Positions 26,843-35,442 are shown, counted from the first letter of the stretch. The stretch: DNA of 54,125 bases from Polyangiales bacterium (GCA_045106895.1 JBGCFM010000205.1:1-54125); one strand, 5' to 3'. Program-made: numbers and translations. Notes: a model not told the origin generated them from the letters alone.

Positions 26843-28076
26843 AACCTAAGCCATCAACGCTTGGGATGACGATGTCGACGAGGACGCGCTCGATGAAACG
26901 ACGGGCGTCGCCGCGGAAGCGCACCTCCACGGTGAAACGTTGTGGCGTAGGTCCGGGCATGACGGCATCGTTCCGAAGCTCAACACGCCATCGCAGCACG
27001 GTTCCGGCTCGGGCGCCGATGAAGGCTCCACGTTCGAGGTCGATACGGTCGATTCCGCTCATCGGGCTGGCGGAGAGGGGAACGATCCCTTCGACGATTT
27101 CCAAAATAGGAACCCCGTCGCCTGGAGCCGGGTCGAAGAACTGCGCGTCAACGTCCTGGATGACGGTGCTCGCCAGAGTCTGGATCGCATCAACGACGGA
27201 GGTTCCAAGACGCTCGCCACGGGAGCCGATGTCGTAGACCAGCGGCTGACCGTCGGCCACGGCCCCTGTATCACGCGCGATGGCTCGCAAGTGAGCCCCG
27301 CCGCTTCCTCCGCCGGAGTCGAAGCCAATGACGACGGTGCCGTTTCGAGCGAGTTCCTCGATGGCCTGGTTGTAGGTATGAGGTGCTGGGCCCGGCGGGA
27401 AGTTGAGGTAGGGATTCGCACCGCGTGGCCCGTTGTGTGAGGCGTTGTCGGTAAAGGCCAGGATCACCGGAAGTGAGTCTGGCCGTGTGCACGCGTAGCC
27501 CTCGCCGCCTCGTGAGCATCCCGCGGAAGGATCCACGTAGGGCCGGATGCCCTCCCCGGTCGCGAGCTGGTACAATCCTTCGATCAAGCTTTCCGGCACG
27601 TCGCGCCCATCGCTCAGTTCGATGGAGTTGACGGCAGCCTGCACGGCGGCGAGCTCGTCGCTCATAGGAAGCCTCAGCTCGAAGGGCGTGTCCGAGCGGG
27701 CGCCGTAGGGTTCCACGGGAAAATCAGCGAAGGTGGCAACGGCCAACTGCGAATCTGGGATGGCCTCCTGAATCGCCGGCGCGATTTGGTCCCGCAACCG
27801 CGACCGGATTCGATCGATCTCGTCGCCCATGGACGCGGTCTGATCGATAAGAAACGTGATATCCGCGCGGCCGACGATCGCGGAGATCTCCAGGTCGAGC
27901 TCCACGGACTCGCCCTCGAAGGGCACCTCGATACACGGCGGCATTGGCCCGGTGTCCATGGGCGCGTCCAGCTGGTTCGGCGCGCCGCCATCGTCCGCGT
28001 AAAGCCCGGTTTTTGCGCCACATGCAGCGCTCCAGATCGTGAGCGCCACGAGCGCTAGTCTGACTGCCCCAGTCAT
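26829..28076 (-). CDS. vWA (integrin betaI-like) domain lipoprotein, paralog 1
   Basis: Lipobox WSAA-C, DITFLIDQTASMGDEI, FADFPVEPY, DGRDVPES, LAFTDNASH. Confidence 0.88.
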   Translation of the reverse strand: MTGAVRLALVALTIWSAACGAKTGLYADDGGAPNQLDAPMDTGPMPPCIEVPFEGESVELDLEISAIVGRADITFLIDQTASMGDEIDRIRSRLRDQIAPAIQEAIPDSQLAVATFADFPVEPYGARSDTPFELRLPMSDELAAVQAAVNSIELSDGRDVPESLIEGLYQLATGEGIRPYVDPSAGCSRGGEGYACTRPDSLPVILAFTDNASHNGPRGANPYLNFPPGPAPHTYNQAIEELARNGTVVIGFDSGGGSGGAHLRAIARDTGAVADGQPLVYDIGSRGERLGTSVVDAIQTLASTVIQDVDAQFFDPAPGDGVPILEIVEGIVPLSASPMSGIDRIDLERGAFIGARAGTVLRWRVELRNDAVMPGPTPQRFTVEVRFRGDARRFIERVLVDIVIPSVDGLGCEAL

Positions 28077-28082
28077 GCCACG

Positions 28083-28091
28083 ATTCTAACA
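28083..28091 (-). promoter_or_regulatory. Extended -10 promoter of the vWA operon (leaderless)
   Basis: TG-T-TAGAAT exactly 6 nt before ATG 28076. Confidence 0.6.
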
Positions 28092-28148
28092 CTCCGCTCC
28101 GTGGGTTGCGAATCCATGCGACAAAGACAGGACGCCCTTCCGCCACAC

Positions 28149-28157
28149 TGGTATCGT
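28149..28157 (+). promoter_or_regulatory. Extended -10 promoter of the HAD phosphatase gene (leaderless)
   Basis: TG-G-TATCGT 6 nt before the in-frame GTG at 28164. Confidence 0.5.
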
Positions 28158-28163
28158 CCGCTC

Positions 28164-29201
28164 GTGCCCATCGAGCCGAGCCAGACCATCTATCGCTGGG
28201 ATCTGGACAAGACCTACCTGCGAACGGAATTCGACACCATCGGCGACCTTCTTCGCACGGCTGTGGAACCCGCCGCGCGAAAGAAGACTGTCCCTGGGGC
28301 GTCCGCACTCCTCCGCGAGATCCGCGCCACCGGCCCCAAGAGCATCTCGATCCTCTCTGGGAGCCCCGAACAAATGCGACGGGTGCTTGAAGCCAAACTG
28401 CGCCTCGATGGGATCGAGTGGGACAGCTTCACGCTCAAACCAAGCCTCAAGAACCTGCTTCGTGGGCGCGTGCGTTTCATCAAGGATCAGGTCTCCTACA
28501 AGCTGGGTGCGCTTCTTGAGGCCCGTTCGCGGAGCGAACCAGGAACCGAAGAGATCCTCTTCGGTGATGACGCCGAAGCCGACGCCTTTATCTACTCCCT
28601 CTATGCCGACCTCTGTGAGGGGCGCGTAGGCACAGAACAGCTCATGGCCGTCCTCGAACGGGCGCGGGTCTATCCTTCCGACATTCCGCACATGGTCCGC
28701 ACCGCGGGCCGCTTGCCGCGAGGCGCAACGGTGAAGCGCGTCTTCATCCACCTGGACCGCCTTTCGTCGCCGGATGTGTTCGATGACTTTGGGCGGCGTG
28801 TTTTTGCCTTCTACAACTACTTTCAGCCAGCCCTCGTGCTGGTGGAAGACGGTGGGCTCGAGCCCATCGCGGCCATCCGTGTCGCAGGCGATATCGCCAT
28901 GCGCCATGGCTTCAGCGCCGACGCCCTTGTCGCGAGTTTCACAGACGCTGCGGAGCGGCGTTTCGTCGGACGGGAGACGGCCAGACGTCTCGCCGCGGCC
29001 TGCGAAGAAGCCCATCGCCCCGTGTTTCAGCCGGTACGTCGAGTCATCGAAGAGCTGGGCAGCCGCCTTGAGGCCGAGCTGCCGAACGTCGGGGAGAGCG
29101 CCGAGTGTGTCGATGTGACCATCGACTACGCGGACATGTTTTCCCGCGACAAAGCCAGGGCACGCGCAGCGCGAAGCCGTGCGAAATGGAGACGACGCTA
29201 G
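28164..29201 (+). CDS. HAD-superfamily phosphatase (App1/LNS2-like)
   Basis: Motif I WDLDKT (DxDxT), motif II ILSGSP, motif III SYKL, motif IV LFGDDAEAD. Start reassigned from 28101 to 28164 by inference. Confidence 0.75.
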   Translation: MPIEPSQTIYRWDLDKTYLRTEFDTIGDLLRTAVEPAARKKTVPGASALLREIRATGPKSISILSGSPEQMRRVLEAKLRLDGIEWDSFTLKPSLKNLLRGRVRFIKDQVSYKLGALLEARSRSEPGTEEILFGDDAEADAFIYSLYADLCEGRVGTEQLMAVLERARVYPSDIPHMVRTAGRLPRGATVKRVFIHLDRLSSPDVFDDFGRRVFAFYNYFQPALVLVEDGGLEPIAAIRVAGDIAMRHGFSADALVASFTDAAERRFVGRETARRLAAACEEAHRPVFQPVRRVIEELGSRLEAELPNVGESAECVDVTIDYADMFSRDKARARAARSRAKWRRR

Positions 29202-29674
29202 TGGAACTTCGAATCGACGAGCGAACATGGGACGGGGGCGACGAATCCCGAAGACTCGAGTGGTTAGCAGCGATTCGTGAGCTCGCGGACCCCATCGAGA
29301 GCCGCTACCGAGAAGGCATCGAGCACCTTCTGATCACCATGACCCAGCAGGGGTTTGAGCTAGACGCGCGGATTGAGGACGACGAGAACGTCGTGATCGA
29401 AATCCCCCACGACCAGCTTGAGACTTTGATTCATGAGTACGTCGATACGGTCCGACAGATCGCCCGAGCGGATCTCTCGGGAGGTGTTCTGAGACTCGAA
29501 GCCCTCGATATGGCCAAGAAGGTCACGCACGACAAAGCAGGCCGCTTCCTGGAGCGCCGCTGCCGAGCGCTCTCGCTGGACCACCCGACGGCGCGCCGAA
29601 TGTTCACCCTCCTGCTCGCGATGCGCATCGACACCACCCGACTCGTTGGTGTTCACGGCCATCGGCGTATCTGA
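29201..29674 (+). CDS. UPF0262-like protein
   Basis: LEALDMAKKVTHDKAG...LDHPTARRMFTLL resembles the UPF0262 signature (IEAIDMGRR..H..G...D..TARRLFTL). TAGTG overlap with the upstream gene. Confidence 0.65.
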   Translation: MELRIDERTWDGGDESRRLEWLAAIRELADPIESRYREGIEHLLITMTQQGFELDARIEDDENVVIEIPHDQLETLIHEYVDTVRQIARADLSGGVLRLEALDMAKKVTHDKAGRFLERRCRALSLDHPTARRMFTLLLAMRIDTTRLVGVHGHRRI

Positions 29675-29691
29675 ACATGTTGGGTTGAGCG

Positions 29692-30333
29692 CTATTCGCC
29701 GCCGCCGCTGCCGCGCGCTTTCTTGAGCATGATCATCAACGGGATCGCCAGCGCGAAGAAGACACTCATGACGGCGCCAAATCCGAAAGGGTCGAAGTCC
29801 TCTTCGTCGGTCCCCGGCGCCACATAGATGCCGGAAGCGCGTTCCTCGTTTTCGGAGTCGCCGCCGCCTTCGCCACCGCCACTACCGCCGCCGCTGGAGG
29901 ATGTGATGACGGTTCCCCCACCGCCCATGACCGAGGCGCTCCCGCCCCCGACCACGCCTGAGCCGCCCTCAGACGGTGCCGCGCCAGTGCCTCCAACACT
30001 TGGGCGGCCGCCACCGCCACCGCCACCGCCGGCTGACCCGGCTCCTGCGCCAGCTCCGCCGCCTCCGCCGCCGCCACCTCCGGCTCCTGGACCGCCAGCC
30101 GCGCCACCTGCCCCAGGGCCCTCAGCCGAGCCTCCGCCGCCGCCAGATCCTGGGCTGCCTGGTTCCATGGTCTCCAGCGTCTCAGCGCTCCCTTCCGCCG
30201 CACCGATGAGCGCATCGCCAAAGAGCTGCCATGCCGTCATCGCGGAGATCGCGAGGAGCGCCAGGATGATGATGTATTCCACCGTGGAGAGGCCACGCTC
30301 ATCGGAGAGCAGGGATTTTGAGTCGAATCTCAC
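29692..30333 (-). CDS. Flp/type IVc prepilin-like protein with a Gly-rich linker and C-terminal TM
   Basis: LLSDERG|LSTVEYIIILALLAI prepilin motif, about 100 aa Gly/Ala/Ser tract, terminal hydrophobic helix followed by KKAR. Confidence 0.8.
   Translation of the reverse strand: MRFDSKSLLSDERGLSTVEYIIILALLAISAMTAWQLFGDALIGAAEGSAETLETMEPGSPGSGGGGGSAEGPGAGGAAGGPGAGGGGGGGGGAGAGAGSAGGGGGGGGRPSVGGTGAAPSEGGSGVVGGGSASVMGGGGTVITSSSGGGSGGGEGGGDSENEERASGIYVAPGTDEEDFDPFGFGAVMSVFFALAIPLMIMLKKARGSGGGE
29866..30150. repeat. Low-complexity (CCG/CCA/CCT)n tract encoding poly-Gly
   Basis: For example ccgccaccgccaccgccaccgccg near 30008-30031 and gccgcctccgccgccgccacctcc near 30058-30081. Confidence 0.75.
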
Positions 30334-30419
30334 GCTAGCCGCAAGGGTGCCCTACTCCATACATGAGATGCAATCTTCCCTCTCGACGCCGAGGGCCGAA
30401 TCGGAGAATATGTGGATCC

Positions 30420-31121
30420 ATGCCCACCGAGCCGCCGCCGGAGAACCTAAGCGCCCGAATGAGCGCAGCACCCCCTCCAACCCCTGCCCAGGCGGACGTA
30501 GCCTTCGTCCACTCTTTGCGCGGTGCTGGGCTACTAGAAGACCTCTCTGACACGCTCCTGCAGGTGTTCCTGGAGAGACTTGGGGCATCCCAAGACGCCG
30601 ACGCTCGTCGCGTGGATTTGCTCGAACTCTACTATCAAGCTGGAGGGGACGCGGAACTTGCCCGGCGCCGCGTGGTTCAGGACCGCTTCTTGCTCCACCA
30701 CAGTGAAGATGAGACCAGCGCTCACGAAATCGTTCGGCGCCTCCTCGCGCTGCTTCCTGAGCTTCCGACCTCCGTTCGTCTGGAGCGCATCGGCGAGAAC
30801 TCCGACGACGGTCCACTGGTCCTTCGCGGCGGGGACCATCTGAGCGCCGTCGACGACGACGAAGAAGGCACTCTGGACACTGGGGAAATCGATCTCTCCA
30901 GTCTCGAGGAACAACCGACGATCGCCGTGCGCTCCCTCGTTAGCGCCGTGAACGTTCTACTTGAACGCCATGACGTTCGACGACGTTTGCTCCTTCTTCG
31001 ATCCGACGGAGCCCGCGAAGTATACGTCGCCACCGGCCCGACGGAAGCGGCGGCTTTGTGCAAACACGGATGTCTCGAACTCGAAGACCCTTCCGAACTC
31101 TTTGAGTTCGCAGCCTGGTAG
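30420..31121 (+). CDS. Hypothetical acidic protein
   Basis: Plausible globular composition, fills the gap and ends 3 nt from the convergent gene. No recognised motif; start uncertain. Confidence 0.7.
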   Translation: MPTEPPPENLSARMSAAPPPTPAQADVAFVHSLRGAGLLEDLSDTLLQVFLERLGASQDADARRVDLLELYYQAGGDAELARRRVVQDRFLLHHSEDETSAHEIVRRLLALLPELPTSVRLERIGENSDDGPLVLRGGDHLSAVDDDEEGTLDTGEIDLSSLEEQPTIAVRSLVSAVNVLLERHDVRRRLLLLRSDGAREVYVATGPTEAAALCKHGCLELEDPSELFEFAAW

Positions 31122-31124
31122 ACG

Positions 31125-32399
31125 TCAGGGCGTCGCGGCGTTGCAGGCCTCGGCGAGACGCCGGGCTTCGATGATGTTGTCCTCGATGCTGCAGTAGGTC
31201 CACGAGCCGTAGCGGCCGAAGGTGTGAACGCCTCGCGTGGCCAAGGCCGTCTTCGCGGCGCTCACGTTGCGGTTGCTCTCCTCTGTGATGTGCACATAAG
31301 CCGGATCGAGGAGAATATGGTGAGACGAAACCAGCTCGTGACCGTCCACCACGCCCACCTTTTCGAGGTCCTTCAGCACTTGAGCGCGCGTCTCCGCTAC
31401 CTGCGCTTCCGTCGTCGTGTATCCACGCTTGCGACCGAGCTCCACGTAAATACTCATCCGGTCGGTACCGAAGATGTTGTCGTAGAACCCGACTCGGTAG
31501 AAGGAGAGTTCCCGCTGCGGGTAGTAGATCCAATGCGGCCCGACGGGGCCCTTCTTGTCAAAGCCTAGGTTGAAGACCTCCACCACATTCCAGTCGTAGG
31601 TGTCCTCCGTCACCGGCAGGCCGCTCATCTCGAGCGTCGCGGGAAAGGGAGCGCTGGAGACGAGGAACTCGAACGCAATCTCGCGCTGGTTCGTCTTTGC
31701 GACCTTCCGCTCCAAGTCGATGGACTCCACGCGCTCTCCAAGAGAGATCTTCGTTTCATCCACGCCCTGGGCGATGGCGTTGACGTATTGAATCGCTCCC
31801 CCTTCAGGATACGTGAACCCGGCGTTGTAGCTCGCGTTGTCCGCCGCGCGGAAATTGCGGATAACATCACCGACATCGGCGTAGGGAAAGAAGCGGCCCA
31901 TCGCGCCCACGTCGAGCTTTGCAAGGTCCGTGGCGTAGAGCTTCTCGTTGTAGGGAATCAGAAAACGTTCGGCGATGCCTCGGCCAAACTTCGCGTAGAG
32001 CATCTCCTGGAAGTTCTTCGGTTCATCCGGGTGCGTTTCGCGCGCGAAGTAGAGGTCGTAGAGGCACTCCAGGAGGTCCTCTTGAGGCAGCTGGTGGATG
32101 TTCTTCTGAAACGGAAAGTCGACATAGCCGCCGTCCCAATAGATGCGACTGTCCTTGTCGACCTTGAGCACCTTCTGGTCCGGCATTCGTTCCAACAGGT
32201 AGCGCTCGATCTCAGGGTCCCGGAAATGGAAAAAGTGCCCCGAGTAGTCCCACACAAAACCGTCCCGCTTGACGGTCTTGCAGAAGCCCCCGATGGCGTC
32301 CCCGGCTTCGCAGATGAGGTAGTCATCGCTCTTGAGCCAATCCGCGAACGCCAGCCCGCTAACCCCTGCACCCACCACTAGATATCGTACGCGTTCCAC
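31125..32399 (-). CDS. FAD-dependent oxidoreductase (UDP-galactopyranose mutase / protoporphyrinogen oxidase-like)
   Basis: VVGAGVSGL, GGFCKT...GFVWDYSGHFFH, FLIPYNEKLY, FTYPEGG, GRYGSWTY. Confidence 0.85.
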   Translation of the reverse strand: MERVRYLVVGAGVSGLAFADWLKSDDYLICEAGDAIGGFCKTVKRDGFVWDYSGHFFHFRDPEIERYLLERMPDQKVLKVDKDSRIYWDGGYVDFPFQKNIHQLPQEDLLECLYDLYFARETHPDEPKNFQEMLYAKFGRGIAERFLIPYNEKLYATDLAKLDVGAMGRFFPYADVGDVIRNFRAADNASYNAGFTYPEGGAIQYVNAIAQGVDETKISLGERVESIDLERKVAKTNQREIAFEFLVSSAPFPATLEMSGLPVTEDTYDWNVVEVFNLGFDKKGPVGPHWIYYPQRELSFYRVGFYDNIFGTDRMSIYVELGRKRGYTTTEAQVAETRAQVLKDLEKVGVVDGHELVSSHHILLDPAYVHITEESNRNVSAAKTALATRGVHTFGRYGSWTYCSIEDNIIEARRLAEACNAATP

Positions 32400-33163
32400 T
32401 ATTCGTCCTCACTGCACATGCCATCATCGAGGCAGAAGTTTCGTAGACAGCAAGACCCGCCGCAGCAGACTTGCCCTGGGATACAAGGGTCCTCGCAGGT
32501 GACCTCACCCACGGTGCAAGAGCCTTCGACACAGCTTTCGCTTACGAGGCACGCGTTGTTGCAGCCGCCGCAGTGAAGCCGGTTCGTCGTCGTGTCGATG
32601 CACTCGGTGTCGCCGACATCAGCGCGACAGCACGTCGACTCGGGCGTCCCACCACACGCCTCTCTAGAGTCACCGCATCGACACTGGCCACCGTCACAGC
32701 GGTCGGCGGCGAGTGGGTCGCACGCGTCTCCACAAGCGCCACAGTCCGTGGGATCTCGTTCGAGGTTGGCGCAATAATTCGTGTCCGCCGGCGTTCTTGC
32801 CGGGCAACAGAGGTTCCCGTTGTCGCCGGCGCACCCTTGAACGATGTTGCCGCACACGCAGACGCCGAACTGGCACCTGTCTCCTCGCCCCTCCGCGATG
32901 CAGTCGCGCCCGCATCGCCCACAGTTGAGCGGATCCGAAGTGACGTCGATGCACATCGTTTCATCACCCGCTAGACAGCAGGCCTCCCCAGCTTGGCATT
33001 CCGTGTCACAGATCTGCCCGCTGTCGCTGCCGACATCGCCGGGAACATCTTCGACGGTGACGTCCGCCTCGGCGGTGTCTCCGCCGCCATCCACGGCTGC
33101 GTCATCGCCGCAGCCCCAGCAAAAGAGAGTGATAAAAACGAAGAAAATCGAGGCGCGTCGCAC
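32399..33163 (-). CDS. Cys-rich lipoprotein with Stig1-like DxxxCGxCxxxC repeats
   Basis: Lipobox CWG-C; DPLNCGRCGRDC, DPTDCGACGDAC, NRLHCGGCNNAC. GTG start inferred at 33163. Confidence 0.82.
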   Translation of the reverse strand: MRRASIFFVFITLFCWGCGDDAAVDGGGDTAEADVTVEDVPGDVGSDSGQICDTECQAGEACCLAGDETMCIDVTSDPLNCGRCGRDCIAEGRGDRCQFGVCVCGNIVQGCAGDNGNLCCPARTPADTNYCANLERDPTDCGACGDACDPLAADRCDGGQCRCGDSREACGGTPESTCCRADVGDTECIDTTTNRLHCGGCNNACLVSESCVEGSCTVGEVTCEDPCIPGQVCCGGSCCLRNFCLDDGMCSEDE

Positions 33164-33190
33164 GCGCCCAACATACACGCTTCGGCGAGC

Positions 33191-34081
33191 CTAAGCAGGT
33201 TCCGGAGTGCGAAAACCACGTAGAATCTTCGCCGAGCCAGCGTCGCTATTCGCGATGGCGACGAGGTTGCCTTCTCGCACCAGCCCGACGTGGCCGTTGA
33301 TGTCGATTCCGGAAACGATGCGTCCATGCCGAGCATCGACATACTGCTGCTCATCCAGGCTAACCAAGGGCATCACGTGCTCGAGCGCGCTCTCAAGCGA
33401 ATGGAGCGCGCTTACGTCCAGCGTCTCATCCAAGGGCACAGCTTGTTCGAGGGAAAAGGAGCCGCTGGACACCCTTCGAAGCTCGACGAGGTGACCCAAA
33501 GTGCCTGCTGCGGCCGCGAGGTCTCGTCCGAAGGAGCGAACATAGAAACCCTTGGCGGCGTGCAACTCAAGAGCGAGCTCCGGCGCCTCGTAAGCGGTGA
33601 CCTCCACGCTGTGGAGGATGACGTCGCGTTCGGGGGCTTCGAACTCCTCGCCTTTGCGCGCCATCTCATGAAGCCGTCGGCCATCGACTTTGATGGCGGA
33701 AACCCGTGGTGCTCGCTGCTTGTGGGGCCCGACGAACCCTGACGCGAAGGAACGAAGCGCGTCAAGGTCCAGCTCCGGCACCTCCTGAACGTCGGTCTGT
33801 TCACCATCGGCGTCGAGACTGTCCGTCGCGACCCCCAATCGAAGCCTCGCGGTGTAGCGCTTGTCTTCCGCCGTGAGGTAGGGGACCAGCTTTGTGGCTT
33901 CGCCGACGACGACCACCAGAACCCCCGTCGCCATCGGGTCGAGGGTGCCGCAGTGGCCGACTTTTCGTGTCTGCAAACGTCGTCGAACGCGCGCGACGAC
34001 GTCGTGCGATGTGCAACCCGCTGGCTTGTCGATCACGAGTACGCCGGAGGGACCGTTTTGGTTCTTCTTGCCCACACTCAA
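33191..34081 (-). CDS. truB: tRNA pseudouridine(55) synthase
   Basis: IDKPAGCTSHDVV, KVGHCGTLDPMATGVL, SAIKVDGRRL, KGFYVRS. Confidence 0.96.
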   Translation of the reverse strand: MSVGKKNQNGPSGVLVIDKPAGCTSHDVVARVRRRLQTRKVGHCGTLDPMATGVLVVVVGEATKLVPYLTAEDKRYTARLRLGVATDSLDADGEQTDVQEVPELDLDALRSFASGFVGPHKQRAPRVSAIKVDGRRLHEMARKGEEFEAPERDVILHSVEVTAYEAPELALELHAAKGFYVRSFGRDLAAAAGTLGHLVELRRVSSGSFSLEQAVPLDETLDVSALHSLESALEHVMPLVSLDEQQYVDARHGRIVSGIDINGHVGLVREGNLVAIANSDAGSAKILRGFRTPEPA

Positions 34082-34084
34082 GTC

Positions 34085-35044
34085 CTAGGCGAGGAGCGCG
34101 CCGACCAGCTGCCGCAGTCTATCCGCTGTGGCTTCCATGCTCAGCGTCACTTGAGTGCCCGCTGCGCTGCGGTGACCTCCGCCGCCGAGCTGCGTCGCCA
34201 GCGTCGAAACGTCTGCCTCGCCACGACTTCGAAGGCTGACCTTGGTCTCAAGGCCATTCGGCGTTTCGAACTCCCAGACGAGCGCCGCTACCTCAACTCC
34301 GCGAAGCATACGGCCGTAGTTGACCATTCCTTCGACCATGTCGTCGTCGGCACCGCAGGTGTCCAGCATCTTGCGCGTCACGAACATCATCGCGAGGCGT
34401 CCATCCAGTGACACCTCAAGTGAATCCAACACGGCTCCAAGGAGGTGAAGCCTCGATGGCTGCCATCCCTCAAACAACTCGTAGGCGACGTGCCACGGGT
34501 CCGCACCGCCGTCGATGAGCTCCGCGCCCATGCGCAAGACGCGCGAGCGCGTGGACGGGTAGCGAAACCCACCCGTGTCCGCGACAAGCGCAGCGTACAG
34601 CGGTGTCGCAGCTCTGGCGGGGACGGGGCGAACGCCCAAGATCTCCGCCATGTCCATCACCACCTCAGCCGTCGCGCAGGCATCGACGTCGCGAACGATG
34701 ACATCACCAACATCGTCATGGGCAGCGTGGTGATCGACGATGACCAAAGGACCCCTCTGTGACTCTGGGGGCAGTCCCGAAGGCAAGAGCGCGGTCGCGG
34801 CCGTGTCCATCGCGAGGGTGAGGTCGGAGGCGGCGTCCGGAAACTCCCGCTGGATGTCACCGCAGGCGGGGAAACGTAGGTTCGGGGGGAGTGCGTCTGG
34901 AACGTACACGCAGACTTCTTTGCCGATGTGGCGCGCGATGAACGCAAACCCCAGGGCCGAGCCCAAGGCATCCGCGTCGGGCCGTCGGTGGCAGGCCACG
35001 AGGACAGTTTTGGCTTCCTGGAGTAGTTTGATGGCGCGCTCCAT
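34085..35044 (-). CDS. nrnA: DHH/DHHA1 oligoribonuclease / pAp phosphatase
   Basis: HRRPDADALGS, VDHH, ADTGGF, SLRS, GGGGHRSAAG. Located between rbfA and truB. Confidence 0.92.
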   Translation of the reverse strand: MERAIKLLQEAKTVLVACHRRPDADALGSALGFAFIARHIGKEVCVYVPDALPPNLRFPACGDIQREFPDAASDLTLAMDTAATALLPSGLPPESQRGPLVIVDHHAAHDDVGDVIVRDVDACATAEVVMDMAEILGVRPVPARAATPLYAALVADTGGFRYPSTRSRVLRMGAELIDGGADPWHVAYELFEGWQPSRLHLLGAVLDSLEVSLDGRLAMMFVTRKMLDTCGADDDMVEGMVNYGRMLRGVEVAALVWEFETPNGLETKVSLRSRGEADVSTLATQLGGGGHRSAAGTQVTLSMEATADRLRQLVGALLA

Positions 35045-35442
35045 CAGGACTCCTCGACGGTTTCTTCGCCGTCTTGTGGAGTCTTCGCCGCCTCCTCGTC
35101 GCCAATCTCCATGAGGATTCGCTCAATGCGGACTCCTTGGTCCACGGCATCGTCCCAATAGAACACAAGCTCCGGGCTACGCCGAATACTCAGGTTCTTG
35201 CCGATCTCTCGGCGGAGAAACCCCGCGGCTCGTTCTAACCCCTCGACCACCCTCTCCTGCTTGCGCGGCTTGAGAGGTTGCAGGGTTCGCACGTACACGC
35301 GCGCGTGCTGCAGATCAGGGCTGACCCGCACGGCGGTGACCACAACGTCTTTGACCGCCGGATCACGAACTCGCCCTCGCAAGAAGACCTCCATGAGGTC
35401 TCCTCTAAGCTGCTCGGCCACTCGTGTTGCTCGTTCGCTCAT
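35044..35442 (-). CDS. rbfA: Ribosome-binding factor A
   Basis: RATRVAEQL, VRDP, VRVSPDLQHARVY, AAGFLRREIG, RRSPELVFYWD. Confidence 0.96.
   Translation of the reverse strand: MSERATRVAEQLRGDLMEVFLRGRVRDPAVKDVVVTAVRVSPDLQHARVYVRTLQPLKPRKQERVVEGLERAAGFLRREIGKNLSIRRSPELVFYWDDAVDQGVRIERILMEIGDEEAAKTPQDGEETVEES

Noticed and set aside
29828..30550. 240-aa polyproline ORF on the + strand
   Set aside because: Mirror of the poly-Gly codons of the minus-strand gene, which carries a clear prepilin motif and TM segments.
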